DNA of 64,000 nucleotides from Candidatus Saccharimonadales bacterium (GTDB lineage Bacteria; Patescibacteriota; Saccharimonadia; QS-5-54-17): NCBI GenBank assembly GCA_040876925.1, contig JBBDOS010000003.1, positions 61,207 to 125,206 of the forward strand, read 5' to 3'. Shown piece by piece: positions 18,270 to 29,094 of this stretch (position 1 is its first letter; each line of letters starts with the position of its first letter). The notes under the pieces were generated by a model. It saw only the letters and a program-made list of their open reading frames with translations, ran no database searches and was not told where the DNA came from. The position numbers and the translations under genes were made by a program.

Positions 18270-20771
18270 TTACCTAACAGCGGCAGTTTCTGATACAGCT
18301 TCAAAGGTTAGATCGCTACCTTTAGTAGATACTTTAATGACGTCACCACTACTAAACTCACCCTCTAGCATTTTAGTAGCTATTGGATCCTCAACCATCT
18401 CTTCTAGAGCTCGGCGCAATGGTCTAACTCCCATAGTGGGCTCATAGCCAGCCTCAATCAATTTACGTCTAGCTGATGGAGTAACTACTATACCTAAACC
18501 TTTATCGCCCAATCTTTCCTCTAGCTCAGCTAAGCGAAGAGAGAAAATCCGTCTTACTTCAGCTCTGCTTAGGGCTCTAAATATAATAGTCTTATCAATC
18601 CTGTTAATTAGCTCTGGACGCATTTGTTTACGTAAGTCTTCTAGAACTTTTTCGGATACTTCTTCATGGTATAGGGAGATGTCTTCCTTAGCGCTAGATG
18701 GTTTGAACCCTAATACTGCTTCTTTCTGCAATATATCTGCTCCAATATTAGATGTCATGATGATAACTGTATTAGTGAAGTCAATCCTGCGTCCTTTAGC
18801 ATCAGTAGCATGACCGTCCTCTAAAATCTGTAACAACATATTAAATACATCTGGATGAGCCTTCTCTATCTCATCAAAGAGTATTAATGAGTATGGCTGA
18901 CGACGTATTTTCTCAGTTAGTTGTCCGCCCTCTTCATAGCCGACATATCCAGCTGGAGCACCCATTAATCTAGATAGATTATGTCTCTCCATGAATTCAC
19001 TCATATCGATTTTGACCATGGCATCCTCAGAGTGGAATAGTTCTCTAGATAGCACTCTAGCTAACTCAGTCTTACCGACTCCGCTAGGACCCATGAATAG
19101 GAACGATCCAATTGGTCTAGTTGGGTCAGCTACACCAGAACGATTACGTCTAATAGCTCTAGAGACAGCCTCAACAGCTTCTTTCTGGCCGATAACTGAT
19201 TTGGCCAAAGTTTTTTCTAAATTCACTAATTGTCTAGCTTCGGATTTAACTAAACTCTTCAGGGGAACACCGGTGATTATAGAGACTACCTCGGCTAAGT
19301 CTTCGTCACTAACCTCTAACATCTTGCCGTCTTGGGCTTCAGCACTTTCCTGCCTGGCTAGTTTCTTCTCCAAAATACTGACCTCTGTTTTGAGCTGAGC
19401 GGCATGTTCATAGTTCTCATCTGCGGCAGCTTCATCTATTTCTATGTGAAGTTTACGAATCTGTTGCCTAATCTCTCTTGATTCGGTACCGGTACCGCTA
19501 CCACGTAAAACTCTAACTTGAGCAGCAGTTTCATCAAGTAGATCTATAGCTTTATCGGGCATAAATCTATCTGGCATGTAGCGTTTAGATAGCTTGATAG
19601 TTTCTTCTAATACTTCATCAGATAGTTTAACGCGGTGATAATTCTCATAATGAGCCCGCAAGCCTCTTAGTACCTGCATGGTTTCATCATCAGTTGTTTC
19701 TGGCACCATGATTGTCTGGAATCTGCGCTCTAGAGCAGCATCCTTTTCTATATGTTTACGATACTCATCAGTAGTAGTAGCTCCTATAACTTGAATCAAG
19801 CCACGCGATAGAGCTGGTTTGATAATATTGGCCGCATCTATAGCCCCTTCAGCTGCTCCAGCACCGACTATTAGATGCATCTCGTCAATAAATAGTATGA
19901 CATCATCAACGGACTGTAGCTCCTCTAATACATGCTTCATACGCTCTTCAAATTCACCACGGTACTTAGTGCCAGCTACTAGAGATGATAGGTCTAGAGC
20001 TATGACTCTTTTATCGAGTAAGTCTTCTGGTACATATTCTGTAACAATTTTTTGAGCCAAACCTTCAACTATAGCTGTCTTACCGACTCCAGGTTCTCCA
20101 ATTAATGCTGGATTGTTCTTGGTTCTTCTATTTAGGACGGTGACTAGTCTTTGTATTTCACCTTCCCTACCGATAACAGGATCTAACTTGTTATCTATTG
20201 CTTTAGCAGTTAAATCAAGACCGAAGAAATCTAGAGTTGGAGTCTTGCTCTTCTTCTTGACCTTACGTCTTTCCTTAGTATGTTCCTGGTAGTGATATTG
20301 CTGATTACGTAAGTATTCTTGCAACTCATCACGAACCTCAACTATATCTATATCCATATCATTTAGTAATATCGAAGCTCTGGTGTTTTTCTGTGAAAGA
20401 GTAGCAAATAGAATATGTTCTGTACCGCACATCTGCTGACCAAAATCTTTAGCTATCTTCCAGGATAGGGATAGTGTTAATTTAGCAGTTTCGTTCAAAT
20501 TCCTAGCATCTGCTGTAGTTGTAGAAGTTAGAGTCTGCTGGAGAGATTTAGGAGTCAGACTTAGTGCCATCCTAGCTTTATCGAAATTAACACCAGCATT
20601 TTTAAGCACTTTAGCGCCAATCGAACTATCTTGTTTTAATACTCCTAGTAAAATATGTTCAGTACCGACATAGCTAGCACCTAGTGCGCGGGCAATATCA
20701 TTAGCAATACGCAAACTAGCTTGGGCGTTTTCGGTTAATTTGTCTTCAAAAGATGAATCATTCACTTGCAT
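18270..20771 (-). CDS. clpC: ATP-dependent Clp protease ATP-binding subunit ClpC
   Basis: 833 aa. Two Clp_N repeats, AAA1 (GEPGVGKT), UVR-like middle region, AAA2 (GPSGVGKT) and a sensor-2 region. Confidence 0.9.
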   Translation of the reverse strand: MQVNDSSFEDKLTENAQASLRIANDIARALGASYVGTEHILLGVLKQDSSIGAKVLKNAGVNFDKARMALSLTPKSLQQTLTSTTTADARNLNETAKLTLSLSWKIAKDFGQQMCGTEHILFATLSQKNTRASILLNDMDIDIVEVRDELQEYLRNQQYHYQEHTKERRKVKKKSKTPTLDFFGLDLTAKAIDNKLDPVIGREGEIQRLVTVLNRRTKNNPALIGEPGVGKTAIVEGLAQKIVTEYVPEDLLDKRVIALDLSSLVAGTKYRGEFEERMKHVLEELQSVDDVILFIDEMHLIVGAGAAEGAIDAANIIKPALSRGLIQVIGATTTDEYRKHIEKDAALERRFQTIMVPETTDDETMQVLRGLRAHYENYHRVKLSDEVLEETIKLSKRYMPDRFMPDKAIDLLDETAAQVRVLRGSGTGTESREIRQQIRKLHIEIDEAAADENYEHAAQLKTEVSILEKKLARQESAEAQDGKMLEVSDEDLAEVVSIITGVPLKSLVKSEARQLVNLEKTLAKSVIGQKEAVEAVSRAIRRNRSGVADPTRPIGSFLFMGPSGVGKTELARVLSRELFHSEDAMVKIDMSEFMERHNLSRLMGAPAGYVGYEEGGQLTEKIRRQPYSLILFDEIEKAHPDVFNMLLQILEDGHATDAKGRRIDFTNTVIIMTSNIGADILQKEAVLGFKPSSAKEDISLYHEEVSEKVLEDLRKQMRPELINRIDKTIIFRALSRAEVRRIFSLRLAELEERLGDKGLGIVVTPSARRKLIEAGYEPTMGVRPLRRALEEMVEDPIATKMLEGEFSSGDVIKVSTKGSDLTFEAVSETAAVR

Positions 20772-20833
20772 ATTCTCCTAATATTGTATCACTAAAACGA
20801 CTTGTAGATGTCTATACTTACTATTTTATTTAA

Positions 20834-20860
20834 TTAGCACTCTACAATCAAGAGTGCTAA
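20834..20860. promoter_or_regulatory. CIRCE operator (HrcA binding site) upstream of clpC
   Basis: TTAGCACTCTACAATCAAGAGTGCTAA is an exact match to the CIRCE consensus. It lies ~63 nt upstream of the clpC start. A TTGCTA -35-like hexamer abuts it on the coding strand. Confidence 0.8.
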
Positions 20861-20960
20861 TAGAAGATTTAGCAAAATATCACTCCTAAACCTAGTCCTC
20901 AAAAGGGCTATAGCTACATCACTTGGTGATATTTATAGAAACTTATACCTGTATTTAAGA

Positions 20961-22157
20961 CTACTCTTCTTCGCTAGTTTCTTGGTTTTCTTCTTCACTA
21001 GAGCCGCCCGATTCTAGGGTACTAAGTAACGATGTTTCTAGATCAGCTTTGCTAACATATTTCTTCTTTGACTTGGCTTCTTCCTGTTTAGGCTCTACCT
21101 GGTCTTTAACTTCACCACTCTCGCTACTGACTATGTCTATCTGCCAACCAGTTAGGTTAGAAGCTAGACGAACATTTTGGCCTGATCTACCAATAGCTAC
21201 TGATAGCTGGTCTTCAGCTACTTTAACTGTAGCTTTGCTCTCTGCTTCGTGTAGCTCAATATCTTCAATTTTAGTTGGAGCCAGGGCGTTAGTGATGAAC
21301 TCTTTAGGATCCTCAGCATAAGTAATGATATCTATCTTTTCCTCACCAATCTCACCCATTACAGATTGAACTCTAGTACCGTGACCACCCACAAAAGTAC
21401 CAACTGGATCTACATTGGGTATGGTAGAGGCTACTGCTAATTTGCTGCGGATACCCGCTTCTCTAGCTATAGCTTTAATTTCTACTGCTCCACTCTCCAT
21501 TTCTGGAACTTCTCGTTCAAATAATAGGGCTATAAATTCTGGCACCGCTCTAGATAAGATCAACTGTGGTCCACGTGGAGAGTTCTCTACTTCACGTAAG
21601 TAGACTTTGAGTTTTTGAGTTGGACGATAACGCTCATTTAGTATTTGCTCTGATTGTGGCAAGATTCCTTGAGCTTTACCAACATCAATATAGACTGCTC
21701 TAGGCTCTACCCGCTGAACAGTACCATTTAGTAAATGACCCACTTTATCCTGATATTCAGCCATAACTACATCACGTTCTGCTTCCCTGAGTTTCTGCAA
21801 TATCACCTGTTTGGCAGTCTGAGCAGCTACTCTACCAAAGCCATCATATTTAACTTCTCGCTCAACTACACCACCAACTTCTGCACCCTCATCTAGCTCT
21901 TTAGCAGCCGCTAAAGATAGCTGGGCCACGTCATCTTCCACTTCATCAACCACATCATATACTTCATAAATACGGAAATTACCGGTCTTGGTATTTAAAT
22001 CAGCGCGTATATTCTGGTCTTTATCACCATAGTCTTTACGATAAGCGGCAGCTAGAGCATGCTCTAGAGCGTCTTCTACTATTTCGTAAGGTAGATTTTT
22101 TTCTTCGGCTATCTGTTTCATCGTCATGATGAATTGTTTAGTATCCATATTTTCCAT
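20961..22157 (-). CDS. nusA: Transcription termination/antitermination factor NusA with acidic C-terminal tail
   Basis: 398 aa. NusA N-terminal, S1 and KH domain signatures. Tail ...SSEEENQETSEEE. Confidence 0.9.
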   Translation of the reverse strand: MENMDTKQFIMTMKQIAEEKNLPYEIVEDALEHALAAAYRKDYGDKDQNIRADLNTKTGNFRIYEVYDVVDEVEDDVAQLSLAAAKELDEGAEVGGVVEREVKYDGFGRVAAQTAKQVILQKLREAERDVVMAEYQDKVGHLLNGTVQRVEPRAVYIDVGKAQGILPQSEQILNERYRPTQKLKVYLREVENSPRGPQLILSRAVPEFIALLFEREVPEMESGAVEIKAIAREAGIRSKLAVASTIPNVDPVGTFVGGHGTRVQSVMGEIGEEKIDIITYAEDPKEFITNALAPTKIEDIELHEAESKATVKVAEDQLSVAIGRSGQNVRLASNLTGWQIDIVSSESGEVKDQVEPKQEEAKSKKKYVSKADLETSLLSTLESGGSSEEENQETSEEE

Positions 22158-22249
22158 AATTGTTTTCTCCTAGTTTATCTTCTAATGAAATGAGTCGACC
22201 GATTAAGGCCGACTCATCCAGATCAAGTACAATAGATATATTACTATGA

Positions 22250-22831
22250 CTAATATACAAAAGTCAAAAATTCTCTAATTGGTTTATACGATAATCTGTG
22301 TATGATACAAACTCCATTATTTGCTAGAGCTTCTTGGTGATATTTGGTGCCATAACCAACATGTCTATCAAATCCATACACGTTATACAGCCCAGCCAAC
22401 CTCTTCATATACATATCTCGATGATGTTTAGCGATTATAGAGGCTGCTGCTACAGCAGGTACTAATTGATCGGCTCGAATGATAGCTTCAGAACTATCTA
22501 CATGTTCTAAATAGTTAATATGGCCATCAACTATCACATCAGCTGGTAGTTTAGGTAGTTGCTTGTAAGCTACATCCATAGCCTTAGTAGTGGCTAGCTG
22601 CAGCCCTAAGTTATCTATCTCATCAGGATCAACCCAGCCAATACCTACGGATACTGCCTGCTTAGCAATATAGCGACTTAACTCTTGTCTTTTTTTAGCA
22701 GTTAGCTGCTTAGAATCTTTAACATCCTCTAGGTGAGCTAACCTATCAGGTAGCATTACAGCAGCAGCTACTAAAGGACCGGCCCAAGCACCCCGTCCAG
22801 CTTCATCAATACCAACTATATAGCTACTCAT
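22250..22831 (-). CDS. rnhB: Ribonuclease HII
   Basis: 193 aa. N-terminal ..VGIDEAGRGAWAGPLV.. catalytic motif. Confidence 0.88.
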   Translation of the reverse strand: MSSYIVGIDEAGRGAWAGPLVAAAVMLPDRLAHLEDVKDSKQLTAKKRQELSRYIAKQAVSVGIGWVDPDEIDNLGLQLATTKAMDVAYKQLPKLPADVIVDGHINYLEHVDSSEAIIRADQLVPAVAAASIIAKHHRDMYMKRLAGLYNVYGFDRHVGYGTKYHQEALANNGVCIIHRLSYKPIREFLTFVY

Positions 22832-22856
22832 ATATTTGTAGCTATTTTAACATTTA

Positions 22857-23429
22857 TTAACTTTTCTTGGCTGACTCTTTTTCTTCAGGTTGACTGTCTT
22901 TAGATTTGCTCTCGTCTTTGACTACCTCTTCATCTTTGGCTGTAGCTACATCTTCATCTACCTTTTTAGATGCCTCTTTGGTAGTTGCTTCAGCTGATTC
23001 TTCTTCTTTAGTAGCTGCTGGTGCTGTTGTTGTCTCATCTTTGACAGCTATCTCTTCTTCCACATAAATATCATCCGGATTGAATCCTAGTTCACGCAAT
23101 CTAGCAGACTTACCAGAACGATTTCGCATATAGCTTAGGTAGTTGCGCCTAACCTTTGATCTACGAATTACCTCTACCTTTTCAACGTTGGGGGCGTGTA
23201 GCATAAAGCCTTTTTCTACCCCTACACCAGAAGACATACGTCTAAGGGTTATAGCGGCGGTTGAGGAACCCATCCTATCGGTACGAATAACTACGCCTTC
23301 AAATACCTGGACTCTTTCTTTACCACCCTCAACTATGCGTTGATGCACTCGGACAGTATCGCCAGAACGTACTTGTGGGATCTTGGCTTTGGCTTGGGTT
23401 TGGTTAAATTTCTCTAATAATGCTGACAT
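22857..23429 (-). CDS. rplS: 50S ribosomal protein L19 with ~75-aa low-complexity C-terminal extension
   Basis: The N-terminal 115 aa match L19 (..VRSGDTVRVH..). The C-terminus is Lys/Glu/Asp-rich. Confidence 0.88.
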   Translation of the reverse strand: MSALLEKFNQTQAKAKIPQVRSGDTVRVHQRIVEGGKERVQVFEGVVIRTDRMGSSTAAITLRRMSSGVGVEKGFMLHAPNVEKVEVIRRSKVRRNYLSYMRNRSGKSARLRELGFNPDDIYVEEEIAVKDETTTAPAATKEEESAEATTKEASKKVDEDVATAKDEEVVKDESKSKDSQPEEKESAKKS

Positions 23430-23483
23430 AACTATGACACTTTAGCACAGGGTATCTACCCCTATCAAGCCTGATATTGCAAA

Positions 23484-24077
23484 TTAGGCACAGTTTTCTT
23501 CAGAGCTTGCAGCCTGATTGGCTGCATCTTCAGCGATCAGCTTGAGTGCTTTGTGAGCTGCTACTAGCCGGCGGGTTCTAGCAGCAAACTTATCCCTCTG
23601 ATCGGCTTCAGCTATATCATCAGGTATAGATATCTTAATCCTAACCTTATCACCCTCAATACCCTCTATGTATTCAAAATCATAGATAGCATCTTCGTCC
23701 TCTAATGAGGTGTCGCTACCGCTTAACTTAATATCTCCAAATTCACGTAGACCTGCTCCAGTATCATAAATAGATTTAATAAACACTAGGCTGCTTTTAA
23801 GTAGTTCGGAGCCAGAACTGGAGTCGGAATCAGATTTGGAGTTGAGAGCAAAATATGATTCATCAACTATACCAGTCAATACTTTTTCCCCACTGCCTTT
23901 ATCGTTCCTGAAGATAAATAACTCTTCAAGAGCAGACATAGCTACTATAGCTCGCTGAGCAACTTGTTTAAAATTAGCTGGATCTTCATAAAGGTAAGAA
24001 ACAACCGAAGTGTATTCTTCGGTTGTTGAGGGTTCTATTTCGCCTGAACCTATATTAGGTGGTAGTTCTTGAACCAT
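23484..24077 (-). CDS. Hypothetical protein
   Basis: 197-aa ORF, acidic, no recognizable motif. Sits in a housekeeping context. Confidence 0.5.
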   Translation of the reverse strand: MVQELPPNIGSGEIEPSTTEEYTSVVSYLYEDPANFKQVAQRAIVAMSALEELFIFRNDKGSGEKVLTGIVDESYFALNSKSDSDSSSGSELLKSSLVFIKSIYDTGAGLREFGDIKLSGSDTSLEDEDAIYDFEYIEGIEGDKVRIKISIPDDIAEADQRDKFAARTRRLVAAHKALKLIAEDAANQAASSEENCA

Positions 24078-24126
24078 TTAAATTCTCATTTGTTACTAAC
24101 ATATATAGTATATAATAAAGCAGCAA

Positions 24127-24624
24127 ATGGGACAAGAAATATTAATACTAGATAATATCCGTAGCGCCTATAATGTTGGCAGCATTATTAGAAGTAGCGC
24201 AGCTTTTGGGATAACTCAGATATATTGTGTCGGCATCACGCCTTACCCAGCTATAGACAATGACCCTAGATTACCCCACGTAGTCAAGCAGGCCGATAAA
24301 CGGATAGCTAAAACAGCTCTAGGAGCCCAAGCACATATTAGCTTCAAGCATTCAGACTCTATAGAACCAGTTATCAAACAACTCAAAAGTGATGGCATGT
24401 CTATTTACGCCCTTGAGCAACATCCAGAGGCTAGAGATCTAAAAACGTTTAAACCCAAACAACCTTTTGCTTTGATATTAGGAACCGAAGTAGATGGTAT
24501 ATCTAATCAAATCTTAAGCTTATGTGATGAAATTATTGAGATTAAACATTCTGAAAATAAAGAATCACTCAACGTTGCTTCAGCTGCAGCTATCGCCTTA
24601 TACAGCCTAAGCGAAGCTAAATAG
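24127..24624 (+). CDS. SpoU/TrmH-family RNA 2'-O-methyltransferase (TrmL-like size)
   Basis: 165 aa. SPOUT motifs (..NVGSIIRSSAAFG.., C-terminal ..NVASAAAIALY..). Confidence 0.75.
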   Translation: MGQEILILDNIRSAYNVGSIIRSSAAFGITQIYCVGITPYPAIDNDPRLPHVVKQADKRIAKTALGAQAHISFKHSDSIEPVIKQLKSDGMSIYALEQHPEARDLKTFKPKQPFALILGTEVDGISNQILSLCDEIIEIKHSENKESLNVASAAAIALYSLSEAK

Positions 24625-24852
24625 AACCAAGATCAATACAGCTAAGACTATCTGCTCAAAAACTGTTTCATAACTAATCTCACCTTTAGTTTTAGCATAT
24701 TCATAAATCATATACCCCGCAAACAAACCTATAGCCGCAGTCGCAGCTATTAATGTCCCTGGCCAAGGAATATATAGCCAAGTAGCAAAAAGCAGCAGCG
24801 GAGTGATAATAGATAGCGCCCAACCTATATATAGCTTATTATCGCCTTCCAT
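24607..24852 (-). CDS. Small membrane protein (2-3 TM)
   Basis: 81 aa, highly hydrophobic. One-nucleotide overlap with the upstream CAP-domain gene. Convergent 18-nt overlap with the SpoU gene. Confidence 0.5.
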   Translation of the reverse strand: MEGDNKLYIGWALSIITPLLLFATWLYIPWPGTLIAATAAIGLFAGYMIYEYAKTKGEISYETVFEQIVLAVLILVLFSFA

Positions 24853-25736
24853 TAGTAAACCGCCCCTTGAGCTGAATAAATCAACAATACAGCTACTGCC
24901 ACTATAACTATAGCTTTAAGTAACGGCCTAGGGTGGGCTTTGTTGTCCCACTTAATCCTGTGTCTAGTGATGATAATATGCTGGAGAACATAGATAGTAG
25001 CTAAACCATTAGCTGCAAAAAGAGCTATTTGTGATGATATCGGTATCACTGCTAGGGCTGTTAAAGGATCACTACTGCTATAGAACCTATTAGCAGCTAG
25101 TACTTCTTCCTCAGCATTATTAGCAGTAGGAGTATCAACAGCACTATCGCCTACCGATATTTGAACTGGCTGCTTAGAGCCATACATAGCTACTATTAAG
25201 TTAGTCTCCTGACCGTCAAGATAGCCTCTAACTGCAGCTATGCCGACTTCGCTAAAACGCTGGTTCAACATATTATGCCTATGTGACTCACTAGCCAGCC
25301 AGCCCTTAACTACTCCATCGCTATCACTAAAGCCTTTGGCTAGATTCTCACCAGCATATCTGTAGCTGTATTCCACCTCAGCCAGAAAAACCCACGGAGG
25401 CTGACCATCTGGACTATAGTGACTCCAGTAGTTTTGCTCCAACATATCCTGCGCCTTAGCTTGAGCCGCCTCTTGAAGTTTTGGATCGATTGTTAGAGCC
25501 GCCACGCCAGCTTGTTCTCTAGCCTGATTGGTCAACTCAACTATTTTCTGATTATCAATCGAGTGATTAACTCCTAGAACCTGGCCAGAAACATTATCTA
25601 GATTAAAAACTACTTGCACTAATAGCAATGAAGCCGTGACAGTAGCTAGAGCCGGTGCCCTTAATATATATGGATGAAAAGCATTACTGAGATTAGGGAT
25701 GAAGATATTTTTGATGTTTTTGATTATTTTTTTCAT
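24852..25736 (-). CDS. Secreted CAP/SCP/PR-1-domain protein with C-terminal TM anchor
   Basis: 294 aa. Signal peptide. CAP motifs (..GWLASESHRHNML.., ..YAGENLAKGF..). C-terminal hydrophobic segment. Confidence 0.7.
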   Translation of the reverse strand: MKKIIKNIKNIFIPNLSNAFHPYILRAPALATVTASLLLVQVVFNLDNVSGQVLGVNHSIDNQKIVELTNQAREQAGVAALTIDPKLQEAAQAKAQDMLEQNYWSHYSPDGQPPWVFLAEVEYSYRYAGENLAKGFSDSDGVVKGWLASESHRHNMLNQRFSEVGIAAVRGYLDGQETNLIVAMYGSKQPVQISVGDSAVDTPTANNAEEEVLAANRFYSSSDPLTALAVIPISSQIALFAANGLATIYVLQHIIITRHRIKWDNKAHPRPLLKAIVIVAVAVLLIYSAQGAVY

Positions 25737-25778
25737 ATTTTTCTAGATTAATAGTTTTTTACTAGGCTCAATATCTAT

Positions 25779-26600
25779 TTAGGGGTGTTGCTGATTGTTA
25801 TTGGGTGCAGCTGGACGCTTGGCGTACATACGTGATCTAGCTAGTAATAGCTCTTTTAGGTCTTCGGCTTCAGCAACAGCTACTCCAGGTACATATCCTT
25901 CTGAAGCAGAGGTAGTCCCGCCCAATAAATTACGTTTTTTAGTACCACCGGTACCAGCTGTCTCGATTTCCAGATGTGATATGCCTAACATCCTATCAAG
26001 TAAGCTACGTTTAATATTGACGTTTTGTATGCGATCAAATGGTATAGAAGCTGATTGTTTGAAAACTATGCCATATTCTTTATGAAATGATGAAGGAGTA
26101 ATTTCAAACTTATAGTTCTTGTAGGTTATGAGGGCAAATAGGTAGTTAGCTGCTAGCCAAGCTACTAGAATCAGCCATAGCCACCACATCTCAAAGAATA
26201 TCGCCCCGGGGATAGTTAGTACCGGTATGACCCAGGTCTGAGCTGAGTAGTTTAAGAAAAACAGCCAAGTAGCATTGGGATGTAAGTCGCCAAACTCTAC
26301 AGTGCCACTAGTAAGTAGATCTTTATCGCTAGGTACATGAGTGGTTATTCTAGAATGTTTACCCTGATCACTATATTGAAAAGTAGGTACATGACTTCTC
26401 GTTTGAGCTGATTGATTGCCTGAGTTACCATCGCTATTTACCGCAGTTGTTGCAGTAGCAGCTGGATCATTAGTTGCTTTAGCTACGGGGCTACCACAAC
26501 TAGCACAAAACTTATTATTAACGCTTATGGCTTGACCGCAATTAGTACAGTAATTCATAATGCTTATATAATAACATGCTAAGTAAGATAGTTCTCTCAA
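25779..26600 (-). CDS. Zinc-ribbon plus bacterial PH (bPH_2/DUF304) membrane protein
   Basis: N-terminal CxxC..CxxC (YCTNCG..CASCGSP), two TM segments and a C-terminal ..FDRIQNVNIKRSLLDRMLGISHLEIETAG.. bPH_2 signature. The likely start is the internal Met at 26558. Confidence 0.6.
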   Translation of the reverse strand: MRELSYLACYYISIMNYCTNCGQAISVNNKFCASCGSPVAKATNDPAATATTAVNSDGNSGNQSAQTRSHVPTFQYSDQGKHSRITTHVPSDKDLLTSGTVEFGDLHPNATWLFFLNYSAQTWVIPVLTIPGAIFFEMWWLWLILVAWLAANYLFALITYKNYKFEITPSSFHKEYGIVFKQSASIPFDRIQNVNIKRSLLDRMLGISHLEIETAGTGGTKKRNLLGGTTSASEGYVPGVAVAEAEDLKELLLARSRMYAKRPAAPNNNQQHP

Positions 26601-26649
26601 ATAGTTTTTTACTTTTGAAGGGTTATCTTAGAAAAAGTTAACCCAATAT

Positions 26650-27825
26650 ATGAATGTACTCGATATAACTATTTTAATTGCCTTAACTGCTCTAGGATAT
26701 TGGTGGTTTAAGTATGGTAAATATGGATTAATACGTAGCGTATTCGCACTAGTAGGCTTTTGGACTGGGTTCTTTATCAGCACTCTACTGACGCCTTTGG
26801 TCATTAATTATGTAGGTAATCTCAATATCAAAATTACCCTATTTATAATTCTGATTTTCGGTGGCTCCATATTCTTTAGTTATTTAGGTGGCAAGCTGGG
26901 CAAAGAATTAGAACCGATTAATAATAAATGGAAGTTGAAGAGATTAGACAGAAGTCTAGGTGTAGTAGGCGGTATCATCATGACTATATTTGGGCTATGG
27001 CTAATATCCGGTATTATTATCTCTTTGCCGTTTAGAAATATTAATAACCAAATCAATAACTCGGTAACTTTTCAGACTATCAATCAAGTCATGCCGCCAG
27101 CACCAGTAATGATAGATCGGATCAGTGCTATGATAGGAGACTCTCAACTATCAGAAGTGCTATTTGGTGCACCGCTTAGGCCGGTAGAAATTGCTGAAAT
27201 ACCATCTGATGAAAAGGTTTTAGCGGTAGTAGAATATGCCAGTGATTCTACAGTCAGGATTGAGAGTACTGTCTGTAAGGATATTATGACTGGTAGTGGT
27301 TTTGTAGTAGCTGATAACTTAATAGCCACTAACGCTCATGTAGTAGCTGGCAATAACAATCCTCAGGTGATAGATTTAAACGGCCGTAGAGCAGGTGAAG
27401 TGATTTACTTTGATGCTGATTTAGACCTAGCTTTTGTTCGTGCAGATAATCTAGCTGGGAACCCGCTAGAGACTAGTAGAGATACTCACTCTAGAGGAGC
27501 AACTGCAGCTATATTAGGCTACCCCGGTGGAGAAAGACTACAAGCAGAACCAGCCTACATATCACGAGACATACAAGCTAGAGGTTTGAATATCTATAGA
27601 GAAAAATTAGCCACTCGTCATATGTATGAACTACAAACTAGTATCACTACCGGATATTCAGGTGGCCCATTAGTACTGCCTACAGGTGAAGTAATCGGCA
27701 TGGTTACCGCTAGATCAGAAACTGAAGAAGATGTTGGTTACGCTATCTTAACCAAAGCCATTAATGATAGCTTAAAACGTTCTCAAGCCATGCCATATAC
27801 TATCGATGCTGGGGAGTGTATATAG
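26650..27825 (+). CDS. CvpA-family membrane domain fused to a trypsin-like S1 serine protease (MarP/Rv3671c-like)
   Basis: 391 aa. Four N-terminal TM helices. The protease domain has catalytic His (..TNAHVV..), Asp (..DLDLAF..) and Ser (..GYSGGPLV..) motifs. Confidence 0.75.
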   Translation: MNVLDITILIALTALGYWWFKYGKYGLIRSVFALVGFWTGFFISTLLTPLVINYVGNLNIKITLFIILIFGGSIFFSYLGGKLGKELEPINNKWKLKRLDRSLGVVGGIIMTIFGLWLISGIIISLPFRNINNQINNSVTFQTINQVMPPAPVMIDRISAMIGDSQLSEVLFGAPLRPVEIAEIPSDEKVLAVVEYASDSTVRIESTVCKDIMTGSGFVVADNLIATNAHVVAGNNNPQVIDLNGRRAGEVIYFDADLDLAFVRADNLAGNPLETSRDTHSRGATAAILGYPGGERLQAEPAYISRDIQARGLNIYREKLATRHMYELQTSITTGYSGGPLVLPTGEVIGMVTARSETEEDVGYAILTKAINDSLKRSQAMPYTIDAGECI

Positions 27826-27886
27826 AGTAAATTCTACTTATTTGACAAAATTGCTACTTATTGCATAGATATGATATATTTAGCTT

Positions 27887-28975
27887 ATGAGTGTGGTGGA
27901 TATATCTATACTATTTGTTTGTCTATTGATAGCTATCGTCTATGGAAAAAGCAAACATTCTAATGAGCTGCTTAATATAGCCTTGTTTTGGCTATTAGTA
28001 TTAGTAGCTACTGTTTTGCTGCCGGTTATATTTACTGGCAATTACTTAATCCAGTTAATAGTTTTCTTTAGTCTATCGGCACTACTACTGAATATGTCTA
28101 GACTAGAGAGACTGTTGCAATCGATTACTGATAGAGCAACTAAACACATTAAATACGGCGATAGATTAATTAAAGTCACCAGCTCCACCTTTATAGTCTT
28201 AGCTGCTACTTGGATCATAGTAGGTGCGCTATTTACGGCTCCAATTAATTCTAGCCCTTTAAGTCAAAGTAGCTCATTTCTAGCTAATGTATTTAATAAT
28301 GCTCATATAGATACTGTCGATGCTAAGTATTTAGAAGACTGGCAAAGAGAAAACCAGCATATATCAACAGCTATAGACTCAGTTGTCAGAATAGAATCTC
28401 CTGGCTGTGGCGGATTACGCTATGGCAGTGGTTTTGTAATAGCAAAAAATACTATCATGACCAACGCCCATGTAGTAGCTGGTATTAAAAACCCGGTTAT
28501 TAGAGCTACTGATGGTAGCTTCTATCAAGGAAGAGTAGTCTATTTCGATATCGATAATGATATCGCCATATTATCTACTGAAGATCTAGGGCTTAAACCC
28601 CTAACTATTGCTAACTCTAACCACCCGCACCAAGAAAGCTCTGCAGTAGCTATTGGCTACCCAGATGGTAAGACACTAAAGGTTGGTGAGATAGGTATGG
28701 TTAGACCGATTAGTTTCTATGATAGTGATATCTATAATCACCGATTAATCAAACACGACCGATACGAGATGCAGGTAGCTATTAGCCCTGGTAATTCTGG
28801 TAGTCCAGTAATTATGCCAAGTGGTGAAGTTATAGGGATGATTGATGCTACATCTGATATCTACTACGACGTAGGTTACGCGGTTACAGCAGCATCGATT
28901 AATAAAGTCCTGGATACGTATCAAGATATAGCTTCAGATCAAGAGTTAAACCCTGTTAATTCAACTTGTATATAA
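27887..28975 (+). CDS. Second membrane-anchored trypsin-like S1 serine protease (paralog of the upstream gene)
   Basis: 362 aa. TM N-terminus. ..TNAHVVAG.., ..DNDIAIL.., ..GNSGSPVI... Both paralogs end in Cys-Ile. Confidence 0.75.
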   Translation: MSVVDISILFVCLLIAIVYGKSKHSNELLNIALFWLLVLVATVLLPVIFTGNYLIQLIVFFSLSALLLNMSRLERLLQSITDRATKHIKYGDRLIKVTSSTFIVLAATWIIVGALFTAPINSSPLSQSSSFLANVFNNAHIDTVDAKYLEDWQRENQHISTAIDSVVRIESPGCGGLRYGSGFVIAKNTIMTNAHVVAGIKNPVIRATDGSFYQGRVVYFDIDNDIAILSTEDLGLKPLTIANSNHPHQESSAVAIGYPDGKTLKVGEIGMVRPISFYDSDIYNHRLIKHDRYEMQVAISPGNSGSPVIMPSGEVIGMIDATSDIYYDVGYAVTAASINKVLDTYQDIASDQELNPVNSTCI

Positions 28976-29001
28976 AGGATCTTTAAGGAGTTTTATACAG
29001 A

Positions 29002-29094
29002 TTAGATAAACAGTGGTGTTAGTGTAGCCAGCACAAAGAGTATCACCACCACTATCATCACTACATCTCTCTTGCGCATCTTATTCTTATTCAT
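29002..29094 (-). CDS. Possible 30-aa membrane micropeptide (MNKNKMRKRDVVMIVVVILFVLATLTPLFI)
   Basis: Short ORF with a charged N-terminus and a single TM helix. AGGAGT lies directly upstream, but the spacing is poor. Confidence 0.25.
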   Translation of the reverse strand: MNKNKMRKRDVVMIVVVILFVLATLTPLFI

